Assembly (NCBI GenBank): GCA_047606285.1
Contig: JASGEP010000020.1
Coordinates: forward strand, 30,891-94,890
Direction: 5' to 3'
From: Luteolibacter sp.
Lineage (GTDB): Bacteria; Verrucomicrobiota; Verrucomicrobiia; Verrucomicrobiales; Akkermansiaceae
Length of the DNA stretch: 64,000 nucleotides
In this document: positions 8,506 through 18,827 of the stretch, in pieces
How the letters are laid out: every line of letters starts with the position of its first letter
Numbering within the stretch: position 1 is the first letter of the stretch
Program-made: the position numbers and the translations under genes
Notes under the pieces: generated by a model
Databases searched by the model: none
What the model was told of the DNA's origin: nothing
Seen by the model: only the letters and a program-made list of their open reading frames with translations

Positions 8506-10722
8506 ATGCCCGATCTGATTATCGTTTCGAACAGGCTCCCGGTTCGTATCCAGGCGAATGGCGAGGCCGAACGCACCGCCGGTGGTCTGGCCTCCGCTCT
8601 CGAGGGGGCCGGATTGGGAGATGGTTATCTGTGGGTGGGCTGGGGAGGAGCGACTTCGGAGGAAATCGATCATCCGCTGGACTATCAGGAAAAACTTTCT
8701 TCTATCGGTCTGCACCCGGTGTTTCTGGACGCGACGGAGGTGGAGGGTTATTACGACGGTTACGCGAATGCTACGCTATGGCCGCTGCTCCATTACATGA
8801 TCGAGCGTGCGAGGTTCGAGCCGGAGTGGATGGGCTGGTACCGGATCGTGAACCAGAAATTCGCCGAGGTGATCGCACGGAAGGCGACGCAAGGGGCGCA
8901 GGTGTGGATTCACGATTATCATCTTTTCCTGCTGCCGCGCTTGCTTCGGCAACTCCGTCCCGACCTGAAGATCGGCTTTTTCCTGCACACGCCTTTCCCC
9001 GCGAGCGAGGTGTTCCGCGCGCTGCCGGACCGGAATGAAATTCTGGAAGGTTTGTTAGGAAGCGATCTGATCGGTTTTCATACGTATGGCTACCTGAGGC
9101 ATTTCCGCTCGTCGCTGCTGCGAGTGCTGGGACTTGAGGGCGAGCCGGACGGGGTGTTGCAGGATAACCGGCTGGTGAAATTCGGCGTCTATCCGATCGG
9201 CCACAATCGCTCCGGTTTCATCGAGGCGATGGAAAGCCCGAGGTTCGCGGAAGCGCTGGAGGGATACGGGGAGAAGCTCGTCGGCGAGCACATGGTATTG
9301 AATGTCGAACGGCTCGATTACACCAAGGGAGTTCCGCAGAAGCTGGAAGCGATCCGGAAGTTCCTGCATGAAAATCCGGATTGGCGGAGGAAAATCCACT
9401 TCGTGCTTGTCGCCGTGCCATCGAGGACCGGAGTGCGGGAATACGATGAACTGACGGAACGCGTGCAGCGGGAAGTCGGCGCGATCAATGGCGAGTTCGG
9501 CGTGATCGGTCATTCGCCGGTGCAGTTTTTGCATCGTGGATTTCCTCTCGATGAACTGGCGGCGTTGTATGCGCGGGCGGACGTTTGCCTGGTCACGCCG
9601 ATCGTGGATGGGATGAATCTGGTGGCGAAGGAATACATCGATTGCAAACGCGAGGAATTCGGAGCCCATCCGGGCGTGCTGATCCTCAGCGAATTCGCGG
9701 GTGCGGCGCAGGAAATGTCGCAGGCGCTTCAGGTGAATCCGCACGATACCGATGGCGTGGCGCGGGCCCTCAAGGAAGCCTTGCAGATGTCCGATACGGA
9801 AAAGCGCCGCCGGGTGGAAGCGATGCAGAGCCGTCTGGCACGTAACGATGCCCGGGCCTGGGCGAAGCGTTTTCTTGCCGATCTCGATCAGACGAGCACG
9901 GTGGAGGATCACTCGGTGTCCCGGTCGTTCGAAGATCTTCTTCCGCTCGTAAACCGGGAAATTCACAAGGGCGGCCCGGTGGCGGTTTTTCTGGATTACG
10001 ACGGGACATTGCGCGGGTTCACGGAGCGTCCGGAAGACGCGGTGCCGGATGAGGACCTGATCGCACTGTTGAGTAAATTCGGCACGCATCCGGCGATTCG
10101 TCTCGCGGTCATCAGCGGTCGCCCGGTGGATTTCCTGGAAAAACATTTCGGGAAGATCCCGGTCGATCTCATCGCCGAGCACGGCTACCGCTGGAAAATC
10201 CGTGGCCTGACGGATGGGTGGGAACTGGTCGATCCGAGGGTGGATAATTCGTGGAAGGAAGTGGTGCTGCCCCATCTGGAATGGGCGGTGACGCTCACGC
10301 CGGGAACGGAAGTGGAGGTGAAGCACTCGGCCATCGTCTGGCATTACCGCCGTGCCGATCCGGAGTTCGGCCTGTGGAGGGCAAAGGGTCTTCTATCGGA
10401 ATTGACCTCGATCACCGCGAATCTGCCCGTGTCCGTGCACCATGGAAAGAAGATCGTCGAGGTTGCCAGCCAGATGGTGAACAAGGGTGTGGCCGTCGAT
10501 CGGTTGATCCGTCATTGGCAACCGCGCATGGCCTTCGCCGCAGGCGACGATCAGACGGACGAAACGATGTTCGCGCTGAAACCCGAGGGGCTCGAGGAGG
10601 CGTTCCTCACGCTCAAGGTGGGGCCGGGTTCCTCGCGAGCGGACTACCGGACGACGGTGGGTGGTTTGCGCCGCCTGCTGGAAGACTTGGCCCGCGATCT
10701 GCCAACCTCAACGGCCCAATGA
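8506..10722 (+). CDS. otsA: Bifunctional trehalose-6-phosphate synthase/phosphatase (GT20 plus HAD)
   Basis: VSNRLP, WIHDYH, FFLHTPFP, ERLDYTKG, DGMNLVAKEY; C-terminal FLDYDGTL and AAGDDQTDE. Confidence 0.95.
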   Translation: MPDLIIVSNRLPVRIQANGEAERTAGGLASALEGAGLGDGYLWVGWGGATSEEIDHPLDYQEKLSSIGLHPVFLDATEVEGYYDGYANATLWPLLHYMIERARFEPEWMGWYRIVNQKFAEVIARKATQGAQVWIHDYHLFLLPRLLRQLRPDLKIGFFLHTPFPASEVFRALPDRNEILEGLLGSDLIGFHTYGYLRHFRSSLLRVLGLEGEPDGVLQDNRLVKFGVYPIGHNRSGFIEAMESPRFAEALEGYGEKLVGEHMVLNVERLDYTKGVPQKLEAIRKFLHENPDWRRKIHFVLVAVPSRTGVREYDELTERVQREVGAINGEFGVIGHSPVQFLHRGFPLDELAALYARADVCLVTPIVDGMNLVAKEYIDCKREEFGAHPGVLILSEFAGAAQEMSQALQVNPHDTDGVARALKEALQMSDTEKRRRVEAMQSRLARNDARAWAKRFLADLDQTSTVEDHSVSRSFEDLLPLVNREIHKGGPVAVFLDYDGTLRGFTERPEDAVPDEDLIALLSKFGTHPAIRLAVISGRPVDFLEKHFGKIPVDLIAEHGYRWKIRGLTDGWELVDPRVDNSWKEVVLPHLEWAVTLTPGTEVEVKHSAIVWHYRRADPEFGLWRAKGLLSELTSITANLPVSVHHGKKIVEVASQMVNKGVAVDRLIRHWQPRMAFAAGDDQTDETMFALKPEGLEEAFLTLKVGPGSSRADYRTTVGGLRRLLEDLARDLPTSTAQ

Positions 10723-10830
10723 TTGAGCTTTTGAGATTGCGTTGTTTCTTCGTCCGGGGAACCGATGAAGAATGATTTGAATGTGAGTGCGGTTATGGAA
10801 TATCTATCAATTGCCAGGCCGATTTAGGAG

Positions 10831-12480
10831 TTATTGATTCGGGATATAATCCGTTACGCGGAACCAATCGAAATCCGCATGGCCGGTGGAGGCGCTTCCC
10901 GGTTCGGCGGTGGCGAAAACGCCAATTTTGGCACCCACCCAGCCCAGATTCGTGGTGCGGAAATCCCTGTCGATGGCCTGGAAGTTTTCACCGTCTTCAC
11001 TCCATTCGAAGCGGCACCTTGCCTCCGTATCCACGGAGACACGCAGGAAAACGGTATTTCCTTTTGGCTGGGCCGAGGCGTTTACCACTTCCTCTTTGTC
11101 GGCTCTGCTACGGAATGTAACCAGTTCCAGCTGCGTCTTGCCTCCTGTTTTGCGCAAACCGAGCCACGCGTAATTGCGTCCGAATACCGTCAGACCCGCC
11201 ACTTCTCCTTCGGTTTTCGGAGAGAAATGGAGAACCGTGGTGGCGGTGAATGACGGCGCGGGGAATTTTTGCAGCAGAATGTTCGGCGCGGTCCAACGGA
11301 CATTGGGCTCGGCCAAGGGAATGCTGTTCAAACGCAGCGAGCCCTTCTTTGCCTTGAGATCCCACCAATCGGTAATGAAATTCGCCTCCCATTGCCATTG
11401 GAGACCGAGCGTGGGTTCGTCGAATTCATCCGTAGTCGCGGGCACGGCGATCGGTTGCACGGGAAGATCGGGCTTTTTATGGGTAAGGAACGGCTCGCCT
11501 TTCCCGTCGTTGTCGGGATCATTTCCCATCACAGGCCATCCAGCCTCTGTCCATTTGATCGGCTGAAGGTGGGTGACCCGCCCCCAGGCTCCCAGTTTCT
11601 GGAAATGAAGGAACCAGTCTTCTCCCTTGGGAGTATCCAGCCAGGCTCCTTGGTGAGGCCCATTGACATGCGTGGTGCCTTGCTCCAGAACGATCCGTCC
11701 TTCATAAGGTCCCCAGATATTGCGTGAACGGGCCACGGCCTGATAACCGCTCCCGACTCCTCCACCCGGCGCGAACACCCAATACCAGCCGTCTCGCTTG
11801 TAAAGCTTGGGACCTTCAAGAGTGGACCATCTCATTTCGCGGCCCTGAATGATGACTTTACCTTCACCGATCAGCTTGGTGCCGTCCGGACTCATCTCAT
11901 GGAGTGTCAGCTTGTTGGCTCCCTTTACCCGGCTGCCCGCCCATGCATTGACCAGATAAGCCTTGCCGTCATCATCCCAGAGGGGACAGGTGTCGATGTA
12001 GCCGGGGCCTTCCTTGATGAGCAAGGGCTCGGTCCACTTTCCGCGAGGATCTTTTGTGGAAACCATGTAAATGCCAAAATCAGGGTCACCGTAGAAAATG
12101 AAAAAGGTTCCATCGTGATAACGAATGGACGGAGCGTAAACGCCGAGGCCGTGCAGCACTTTTTGATAAGTTTCCTTGGGAGGGATCACCGGCAGTGCGT
12201 GATTGATGATCGTCCAGTTGATCATGTCCTTCGAATGAAGAATGGGGAGGCCGGGAGCATGATTGAAGCTGGATGCCGTCATGTAGTAATCATCCCCCAC
12301 ACGGATGGCATCCGGGTCGGAGTAGTCCGCATAAAGCACCGGGTTTTTATATGTTCCATCTCCCTGATCGGCTACCCATGGTCCTTGTAAATCAGGTGAT
12401 CCATGTAGAGAACTTGCGGAAAGTATTAGATAGGAAAGAGCTATTATTTTTCTGAAACGAAGTCTGATGGCTGGATTCAT
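10831..12480 (-). CDS. Secreted GH43 glycoside hydrolase (beta-xylosidase-like, with C-terminal beta-sandwich)
   Basis: NPVLYADYSDPDAIRVGDDYY, YIDTCPLWDDDG, EGPKLYK, HQGAW motifs. Confidence 0.9.
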   Translation of the reverse strand: MNPAIRLRFRKIIALSYLILSASSLHGSPDLQGPWVADQGDGTYKNPVLYADYSDPDAIRVGDDYYMTASSFNHAPGLPILHSKDMINWTIINHALPVIPPKETYQKVLHGLGVYAPSIRYHDGTFFIFYGDPDFGIYMVSTKDPRGKWTEPLLIKEGPGYIDTCPLWDDDGKAYLVNAWAGSRVKGANKLTLHEMSPDGTKLIGEGKVIIQGREMRWSTLEGPKLYKRDGWYWVFAPGGGVGSGYQAVARSRNIWGPYEGRIVLEQGTTHVNGPHQGAWLDTPKGEDWFLHFQKLGAWGRVTHLQPIKWTEAGWPVMGNDPDNDGKGEPFLTHKKPDLPVQPIAVPATTDEFDEPTLGLQWQWEANFITDWWDLKAKKGSLRLNSIPLAEPNVRWTAPNILLQKFPAPSFTATTVLHFSPKTEGEVAGLTVFGRNYAWLGLRKTGGKTQLELVTFRSRADKEEVVNASAQPKGNTVFLRVSVDTEARCRFEWSEDGENFQAIDRDFRTTNLGWVGAKIGVFATAEPGSASTGHADFDWFRVTDYIPNQ

Positions 12481-12795
12481 AAAAGAAGGAGATGAGAGAT
12501 GAAAATCTTTTGGTTTCGATCGCTACTACCGTAATTTTGGCTTTCTTTCATTAAAAATGAGATTTCAGGTTTTATAAGGAAGTGCATTGAAGCGAAAAAA
12601 CCAGTCGTCCTCGCTAAAGAATTTAGTTAGATCGCCGGTGGGTTAAAGGCAGAATGTTTCTTTTGAAACGAGTTTAATTTAACGTATCGGTGACAAATTT
12701 TCAGGATACCCCATTTTGCGGATTTTTTTTGTGCATTTGCGGCAATAGGTGCAGGTTGACGCAATCTTATCGATCGATTCGATTGTTTTCAGCTC

Positions 12796-14640
12796 ATGAA
12801 TTCACAAGACGATTACCACTTCGCGATCATTGGCAATGGAAGGACCTGCGCCTTGATCGATGCCCATGCCTCGATCATTTTCGGCTGCATGCCGGATTTC
12901 GATTCCGGGACGGTGTTCGCATCGTTGCTGGACCGGCAAAAGGGCGGCTCTTTCGGCATCCGGATGGTGGATGGCGAGTCGGTTTCCCAGCGTTATGAAG
13001 CGAACACGGGGATTCTCGTCACCACGTTTCGCGGGGAGAGAGGGGCTTTCGAGGTGATCGATTTCATGCCGCGCTATACGAATGACGAGAGGATCAACAA
13101 CGACATAGACGTTTCTTCGGACATCGTGCGGGTGCTCAATCCGCTGTCCGGGGAGCCGCAGGTGGTGGTGGATTACGATCCGCGCCTGGAATACGGTCGT
13201 TTTCCCACGGCTTCCTTTCCGTTCGGAAAGGGGCGGGTGAAGTCCACGACCTCGGGCGATCTCACTCCGGGTCACACCGTTTACGAATCCTGTTATCTTT
13301 ACTCGGATCTGCCGGAGGAGGTCATTTTGCGAAAGTCGCCTTTCGTTCTAACGAAAAGGAAGTTTCTTCTTCTGAGCTACAACGACAAGGTGATGGAGCC
13401 ATCGCCCGACGGGGTGGAGCTGATGCTTCAGCGCACCCGAGCCTATTGGCTGGTGTGGGCGGCGCGCACCCGGAAGTGCGATCGCTACAATGAGTATATC
13501 CTGCGCAGCGCGATCACGCTCAAGATGCTGCAATTTTCCCCGACGGGAGCGTTGATCGCCGCGGCTACGACATCCTTGCCGGAAACCATCGGGGAGGAGA
13601 GAAACTGGGATTATCGTTTCTGCTGGATTCGTGACGGCTCGATGACGGCGGATGTGCTGCGGCGCATCGGCCACCCGGACATGGCGAACCGATTCATCGC
13701 GTGGATGCTGCGAACGGTGCCTTCCAAGGACGATTCGTTGCAGATCATGTATGGCATCCGCGGCGAAAAAACGCTGACGGAGGAAACGCTGGATCACCTG
13801 GATGGGTACCTGGGTTCCAGGCCGGTGCGCATCGGCAATGCGGCGTATCACCAGCGCCAGCACGATATTTACGGAATCCTGATGGAACTGATCTGGCAGG
13901 ACCTCGCTCAGCGGAATCCGGAAGACCATCACGTGGCTCCGGAAACACTGGACCGGCTGTGGACCCGGGTGCGCTCCATCGTCAAGACGGTGGAGGAGCA
14001 CTGGGAAAAACCGGACCGGGGCATCTGGGAGATCCGGGGGGAAGAGCGGCATTTCGTGTTTTCCAAGGTCCTGTGCTGGGTGGCGGTGGATCGTGCCATC
14101 CGCATCGCCGAGCTGTTGCAGAAACCCGAATGGGCGGCGGGTCATGCGCCCCTGCGGGAAAAAATCCACTCCGATGTGCTGGCTCGTGGCTGGAACGAGA
14201 AGAAGCAGGCGTTCACCCAGGTTTACGGCGGTTCCGATCTGGATTCCGCCAATCTGCTGATGGCCGAATACGGTTTCATCGATGGCCTCGATCCTCGCTT
14301 CGTCTCGACGGTGGACCGCAGCGACGCGGAGCTTTGCCGGGACGGGCTGATGTACCGCTATCGGAACAAGGACGACTTCGGCGAGCCGAGCAGCGCGTTC
14401 ACCGTGTGTTCGTTCTGGATGGTCAAGGCACTGGCGATCAGCGGTCGGCGGGCACAGGCGCGCGAACGTTTCGAAAAACTGCTCTCTTACGCGAATCTCC
14501 ACGGGCTGTATGGCGAGGATCTCGATTTCGTCACGAAGCGTCATCTGGGGAATTTCCCGCAGGCATACAGCCATCTCGCTCTCATCAACTGCGCTCTGGA
14601 ACTCGCCCGTGAAGCGGACAATCCGTTCATTCAGGTGTGA
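12796..14640 (+). CDS. GH15 glycoside hydrolase (trehalase/glucoamylase-like)
   Basis: IIGNGRTCALI, AAATTSLPE...RNWDYRFCWIRD, RGIWEIRG, LGNFPQAYSH motifs. Confidence 0.92.
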   Translation: MNSQDDYHFAIIGNGRTCALIDAHASIIFGCMPDFDSGTVFASLLDRQKGGSFGIRMVDGESVSQRYEANTGILVTTFRGERGAFEVIDFMPRYTNDERINNDIDVSSDIVRVLNPLSGEPQVVVDYDPRLEYGRFPTASFPFGKGRVKSTTSGDLTPGHTVYESCYLYSDLPEEVILRKSPFVLTKRKFLLLSYNDKVMEPSPDGVELMLQRTRAYWLVWAARTRKCDRYNEYILRSAITLKMLQFSPTGALIAAATTSLPETIGEERNWDYRFCWIRDGSMTADVLRRIGHPDMANRFIAWMLRTVPSKDDSLQIMYGIRGEKTLTEETLDHLDGYLGSRPVRIGNAAYHQRQHDIYGILMELIWQDLAQRNPEDHHVAPETLDRLWTRVRSIVKTVEEHWEKPDRGIWEIRGEERHFVFSKVLCWVAVDRAIRIAELLQKPEWAAGHAPLREKIHSDVLARGWNEKKQAFTQVYGGSDLDSANLLMAEYGFIDGLDPRFVSTVDRSDAELCRDGLMYRYRNKDDFGEPSSAFTVCSFWMVKALAISGRRAQARERFEKLLSYANLHGLYGEDLDFVTKRHLGNFPQAYSHLALINCALELAREADNPFIQV

Positions 14641-14658
14641 GGGGACACTTGCCTTGTT

Positions 14659-15861
14659 TCACTCTGCGATGCGGAAACCGAGATCGGGACGGCGGATGGA
14701 GCGGTCGGTGGCGGGGGAGGCGGTCCATTCGGCGCGCAGGCCGGGGGGAAGTTCCGGCTTGGCGGTCGTGAGTTCTTCCTGGGTGGGCAGGCGGGATTTT
14801 TTCCAGCGTGCATAGGCGTAGGCGTCCCACCAGTCGATGCCGGTGACGGGTTGGTCGCGGAGCGGGCTGTGCGGTGTGTTTTTCAGCTCGGCGGCGATTG
14901 CGTGCCAACCGTTCGGCAGGTGATCGCGTTTGGTTTCGGGTTGCTCGGGGTGATCGAAAAGCGCCTGGTCGCCGTCCTTGGCGAGGATTTGGAGAATTTC
15001 GAGGAAATCGCGGTATTGGCCGTGGGTGACGGGGTGGCCTTGTAGAGTGGCGGAAGGGAGAACGATGGGTGGAGGAAGGATGATAGGCTGGGGTTTTTCC
15101 GGCAGGTGCTTCCAGCCGTAGTGGCCGAGAAAGGCGAGTCCGGTGAGGGAGAGCAGGCCGAGGGCGGCGAAAAACCCGCGGCGGAGGTGGAGGAATTTTT
15201 TGTGCGAAGCGCCGGAACCGCCGAGTTGGGTGGAAATTTCCTGACAGGTGGTGAGGACCTGGTCCCAGCCGATGGGCGCTTCGAGGCCTTCGCCGCGCAT
15301 CCAGCCGAGGAGGGTGAGGACGCGATTGGTGCCGGGCCAGTCGCGGGCGAGGAGGTCGCGTAGGGCGTCGCCGAGATGGGTGATGTCGCGGATGGATTGC
15401 GAAGGGTCGCGAGGGCCGGGAATGGCGAGGTTTTTCAGGCGGATGATGCCGGAGCGTTCGAGATGGATGTCGCTCAGGGTGAGGTGGGTGGTGGAGAGGC
15501 CGGCGGCTTCGAGATGGAGGTAGGCTTCGGCGAGCTGCCGGAGGATTTTGACGAGATCGCGTGCTTGAAGGGTCTCGCCGGAAAGCTGGAGGCGGGTGAG
15601 GGAACGGCCGGGGAGGAGTTCGTAGACGCGGTAGGTGAGGCCGGGGGTGTCCACGGCTTCGAGGATGGCGCCGATTTTCGGGAAATCGACGGCGGCCATG
15701 GCGCGGGCGCGGTCGAGGAAGGCGGCGTGATGGCCTGGATCGGTGAGTTCGTCGAGGAGCGCGAAGCGGCCGAGGGAGGTTTGCTCGGCCAGCCAGGTGC
15801 GTTTTTCCGGGGTTTCGCCGATCGGTTCCTTGAGCTGGTAATCGCCGAGCGTGCGGTCCAT
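14659..15861 (-). CDS. Pseudokinase-like N-domain, transmembrane helix, then compact FGE/SUMF1-like domain
   Basis: GDYQLKEPIGE...WLAEQTSLGR resembles kinase subdomains I-II but lacks the VAIK, HRD and DFG motifs; TM GFFAALGLLSLTGLAFLG; VTHGQY...PVTGIDWWDAYAYARW...RLPT...GFR. Confidence 0.7.
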   Translation of the reverse strand: MDRTLGDYQLKEPIGETPEKRTWLAEQTSLGRFALLDELTDPGHHAAFLDRARAMAAVDFPKIGAILEAVDTPGLTYRVYELLPGRSLTRLQLSGETLQARDLVKILRQLAEAYLHLEAAGLSTTHLTLSDIHLERSGIIRLKNLAIPGPRDPSQSIRDITHLGDALRDLLARDWPGTNRVLTLLGWMRGEGLEAPIGWDQVLTTCQEISTQLGGSGASHKKFLHLRRGFFAALGLLSLTGLAFLGHYGWKHLPEKPQPIILPPPIVLPSATLQGHPVTHGQYRDFLEILQILAKDGDQALFDHPEQPETKRDHLPNGWHAIAAELKNTPHSPLRDQPVTGIDWWDAYAYARWKKSRLPTQEELTTAKPELPPGLRAEWTASPATDRSIRRPDLGFRIAE

Positions 15862-15905
15862 CTGGGTTTTTGGGTTTTAGTGCCGGTGGGGACACCGGTG
15901 GTCCG

Positions 15906-17024
15906 TCAGTAGTCGGGTGGCGCGGAGGGCAGGGGGGGCAGCACGGATGGGTTGTTCGGATCGAAATCCGGCGGCGGCTGGTCCATGAAGTCGGGGAATT
16001 GCGCCGCGCTCTGGGAAACCGGGGCGCGTGGGATGCGGGCGGCGAGGTCGCGCGGCCATGCCTGCACGTCGAGGACTTCACCTTTGTAGAGGAGGGAAAC
16101 GACCTGGCCGTAGTATTTCTGTTGGCCGAAGAGGTGGGAGCTGGCCGGGTCGAGCGATGGGATGGTGTAGTTCAGGCGCAGGTTTTCCTCACCACCGGCC
16201 CAATCGAAGGGGAGGGAGACCCATTGCTGGGAGACCCAGGATTTGTCTTCGAGCTGGACGATTTCACCCCGGTTGGTGCGGTTGAAGAAAATCACGGAGA
16301 CCTCGATTTCGTTCACGTCCACTTCTTCGGCGGGGGCTTTCTGGACGGGCACGGTGAGGATGGCGCGCTCGTTGCCTTCGCGGGAGGTGTCCTTGAAAAT
16401 CCGGACACGACCGAGGGAGATTTTACCGAGCCAGTCGGTCGGTTGCTCGAAGCCGTCGCGGAGTTTGCCGGCGGCCATTTCATAGAGCGAACCGGCTCCG
16501 GCGATGCCTTTTTCGAAGACTTTTTGATAGTATTCGGAGGCTTTGTCGAAGACGCCCATCTGTTCGTGGACAAGCCCGAGTTCGTAAAGGACGGTGGCGT
16601 CGTCGGGGGATTGGGAGAGGGCTTCCTCAAGCTTGACGATGGCGGCGTCCATGTCACCGGCGACGCGGGCTTTCCGACCGTCGCGAACGAGGACTTCCGA
16701 CCGGGGATCTTCGATTTTCGGGGTTTCGACGGGAGTCGGCTGGACGATCGGTTCGGCGGGAGGCGTGTAGGGGGCGGCAGGCGGGCGGACGCTGACGGCG
16801 GCTTTTTCGATTTCTTCCTGGGTCGGGGGCAGGCGCACGGCGACGAGCTTGGGGACTTCCTTTTCGACGATGCGGACTTGTTTGGAGTCCTCGAAGCGTT
16901 GCGAGAGGGCCATCCCGGCGATGAGGAGTTGGGTAAAGGCGGTCGCGCCCAGCGCCCAGCAGGCGATGGGGAAAATGGGCAGCCGCGCCGGGATGACCGG
17001 CGGATGGGTTTGCTCGGTGGCCAT
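15906..17024 (-). CDS. Membrane-anchored tetratricopeptide repeat protein
   Basis: N-terminal hydrophobic segment, Pro-rich linker, TPR-like AIVKLEEALSQSPDDATVLYELGLVHEQMG. Confidence 0.75.
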   Translation of the reverse strand: MATEQTHPPVIPARLPIFPIACWALGATAFTQLLIAGMALSQRFEDSKQVRIVEKEVPKLVAVRLPPTQEEIEKAAVSVRPPAAPYTPPAEPIVQPTPVETPKIEDPRSEVLVRDGRKARVAGDMDAAIVKLEEALSQSPDDATVLYELGLVHEQMGVFDKASEYYQKVFEKGIAGAGSLYEMAAGKLRDGFEQPTDWLGKISLGRVRIFKDTSREGNERAILTVPVQKAPAEEVDVNEIEVSVIFFNRTNRGEIVQLEDKSWVSQQWVSLPFDWAGGEENLRLNYTIPSLDPASSHLFGQQKYYGQVVSLLYKGEVLDVQAWPRDLAARIPRAPVSQSAAQFPDFMDQPPPDFDPNNPSVLPPLPSAPPDY

Positions 17025-17073
17025 AGGGGAAGATGAACAGCGATGGGGCGGGGCCGGAAGGATTTTTTATGGG

Positions 17074-17118
17074 TCCTATAGGGCCTATAGGTCTTATAAG
17101 CCTTATAGGGCCTATAGT
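17074..17118. repeat. 9-bp tandem repeat, 5 units (N-CCTATAGG / N-CTTATAAG)
   Basis: tcctatagg gcctatagg tcttataag ccttatagg gcctatagt; the last unit overlaps the kinase stop codon. Confidence 0.85.
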
Positions 17119-18827
17119 TTCAGAATGAAGCAGGCTCCATGAGCGAGTGGCTCATAGCTGAGGCTGCCGCCGATTTGCCGGGCGAGCCTCCGGGAAAGGG
17201 CGAGGCCGAGGCCGACTCCGGGGGCGCTTTCGGCGGCGGCGCGGGCGGATTTATGGAAGGCGCGGAAAATGCGGCGGCGTTCGGCGGGCGGGATGCCGGG
17301 GCCGTGATCGCAGACACGGATTTCGGTGGATTTTTTGCTTTGGGAAACACCGAGGGTGACGATGGGCGGGGTGCTGCCGGTGGCGTATTTGGCGGCGTTG
17401 TCGATGAGGTTGAAAAGGATGTGCTCGACGGCGGCGGTGTCCGCTTTCAGGGGAAAGTCGGCGTTTTGGAGATCCATTTCCAGACTGAGACCGGCGGCGG
17501 CAAGGCGGGTCTGGAAGCGGTCGCGGAGCGGCTCCAGCAAGGCGGCGACGGTGGTTTCGGTGATGACGGAGCGGGCGCTGCCGCGCTCGATGCGGGAGAA
17601 GGCGAGGACGTTCTCGACGAGATGGGCGAGGCGGTCGGCTTCGCGGGAGAGGACGCGGAGGTAGGAGCCGCGTTTTTCTTCTCGGACGGCGCCGGATTCG
17701 AGCATGTCCGAGTAGAGTCGGAAGGTGGTGAGGGGAGTGCGGAGCTCGTGGGTGACGGCGGAGACGAAGGAGGCGCGGCGTTCGCTGAGGCGGACGATGC
17801 CCCGGACGAGCAGACCGGTGGTGGCGATGGCGAAAAGGGCGGCGAACCAGCCGATGGCGAGGGAAACGCGGGTGGTGTGGGGGAGGTCGGAAAAAGAGAC
17901 ACGGACAGGAATGCCCGCGTTCCTCAGGTCGAGACGGAGCGGGAAGGAAGCGAGGACGAAGCTGTCGCTGACGTGGATCGCGGGGGAAAGGGTGGCGCTG
18001 GCGAGGAGATCCCGGGTTTCGGCGAGGAGGAGGTTTTGCAGGGCTTTTACGTCGATCCACGCGCCTTCGAAATGCGACGGTTGTCCGTCGAAAATGGGGC
18101 GGATGAGGAATAGGGCGTCATCGGCCCAGGCGACGCGAATGGGGCCGGTTTGGGGGGGAATTTCCGAGGGCGAGGGTGCGTCGTCCAAGATGGAGGCATC
18201 CGCGACTTCGGCAGCGATGGGCGGTGAGGAGGCTTCGGCCGCGGGAACGGGTTCGGCTTTGGGGGCTGGGCGGGAGAGTTTTTTGGGGATGGAAGAATAG
18301 GAGGATTGCTGGGCGCGTTGCAGGGTCTCCTCGACGGCTCTGCTGCGATTGATTTTTTCGGCGTAGTTGGCGGTGGCCTCGTCTCTGGAAAGGTAGGCGT
18401 TTTCCCGTTTTTGAGCGGTATCGGTCTTTGGGGGCTCGGGTATCGGTGACGGGGTGACGGGTGCGGGAGGACGGGAAATCGAACGCCGGGTGGAGGGTGG
18501 GAGTTTTTGTTCCAGCTCGGATTGGAAAGCGGGGGAGGAACTGGTGAGGCGGCTGTTTTTGATTTCGAAGCGAGTCCGGATGGGCAGGCGGGTGCCGGAG
18601 TCGCCGGGAGCGCGTTGGCTTTCTTCTAATAAAAGCGAGGCACCGAGGCTGTCCATGCGCCAGAGGGCGAGGCGCATGCGTTCCTGTTGGTCGGCGCGGG
18701 ACTGGACTTGCAGACGGTGCGTTTCGCTGTGGAGGACGCTGCGGGTGAGCCAGATCATGGCTCCGAAAACGAGCACGGCACAAAGGCCGAGGGCGCTCCA
18801 GATCCATAGGCCGCGCGAGGGTTTCAT
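17112..18827 (-). CDS. Sensor histidine kinase
   Basis: H-box FVSAVTHELRTPLT, N-box NLIDNAAKY, G1 DHGPGI, G2 GVGLGLA; two TM segments. Confidence 0.95.
   Translation of the reverse strand: MKPSRGLWIWSALGLCAVLVFGAMIWLTRSVLHSETHRLQVQSRADQQERMRLALWRMDSLGASLLLEESQRAPGDSGTRLPIRTRFEIKNSRLTSSSPAFQSELEQKLPPSTRRSISRPPAPVTPSPIPEPPKTDTAQKRENAYLSRDEATANYAEKINRSRAVEETLQRAQQSSYSSIPKKLSRPAPKAEPVPAAEASSPPIAAEVADASILDDAPSPSEIPPQTGPIRVAWADDALFLIRPIFDGQPSHFEGAWIDVKALQNLLLAETRDLLASATLSPAIHVSDSFVLASFPLRLDLRNAGIPVRVSFSDLPHTTRVSLAIGWFAALFAIATTGLLVRGIVRLSERRASFVSAVTHELRTPLTTFRLYSDMLESGAVREEKRGSYLRVLSREADRLAHLVENVLAFSRIERGSARSVITETTVAALLEPLRDRFQTRLAAAGLSLEMDLQNADFPLKADTAAVEHILFNLIDNAAKYATGSTPPIVTLGVSQSKKSTEIRVCDHGPGIPPAERRRIFRAFHKSARAAAESAPGVGLGLALSRRLARQIGGSLSYEPLAHGACFILKL

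Noticed and set aside
14627-16081. 484-aa Arg/Pro-rich minus-strand ORF
   Set aside because: An alternative frame of real genes, with composition typical of a GC-rich off-frame translation.
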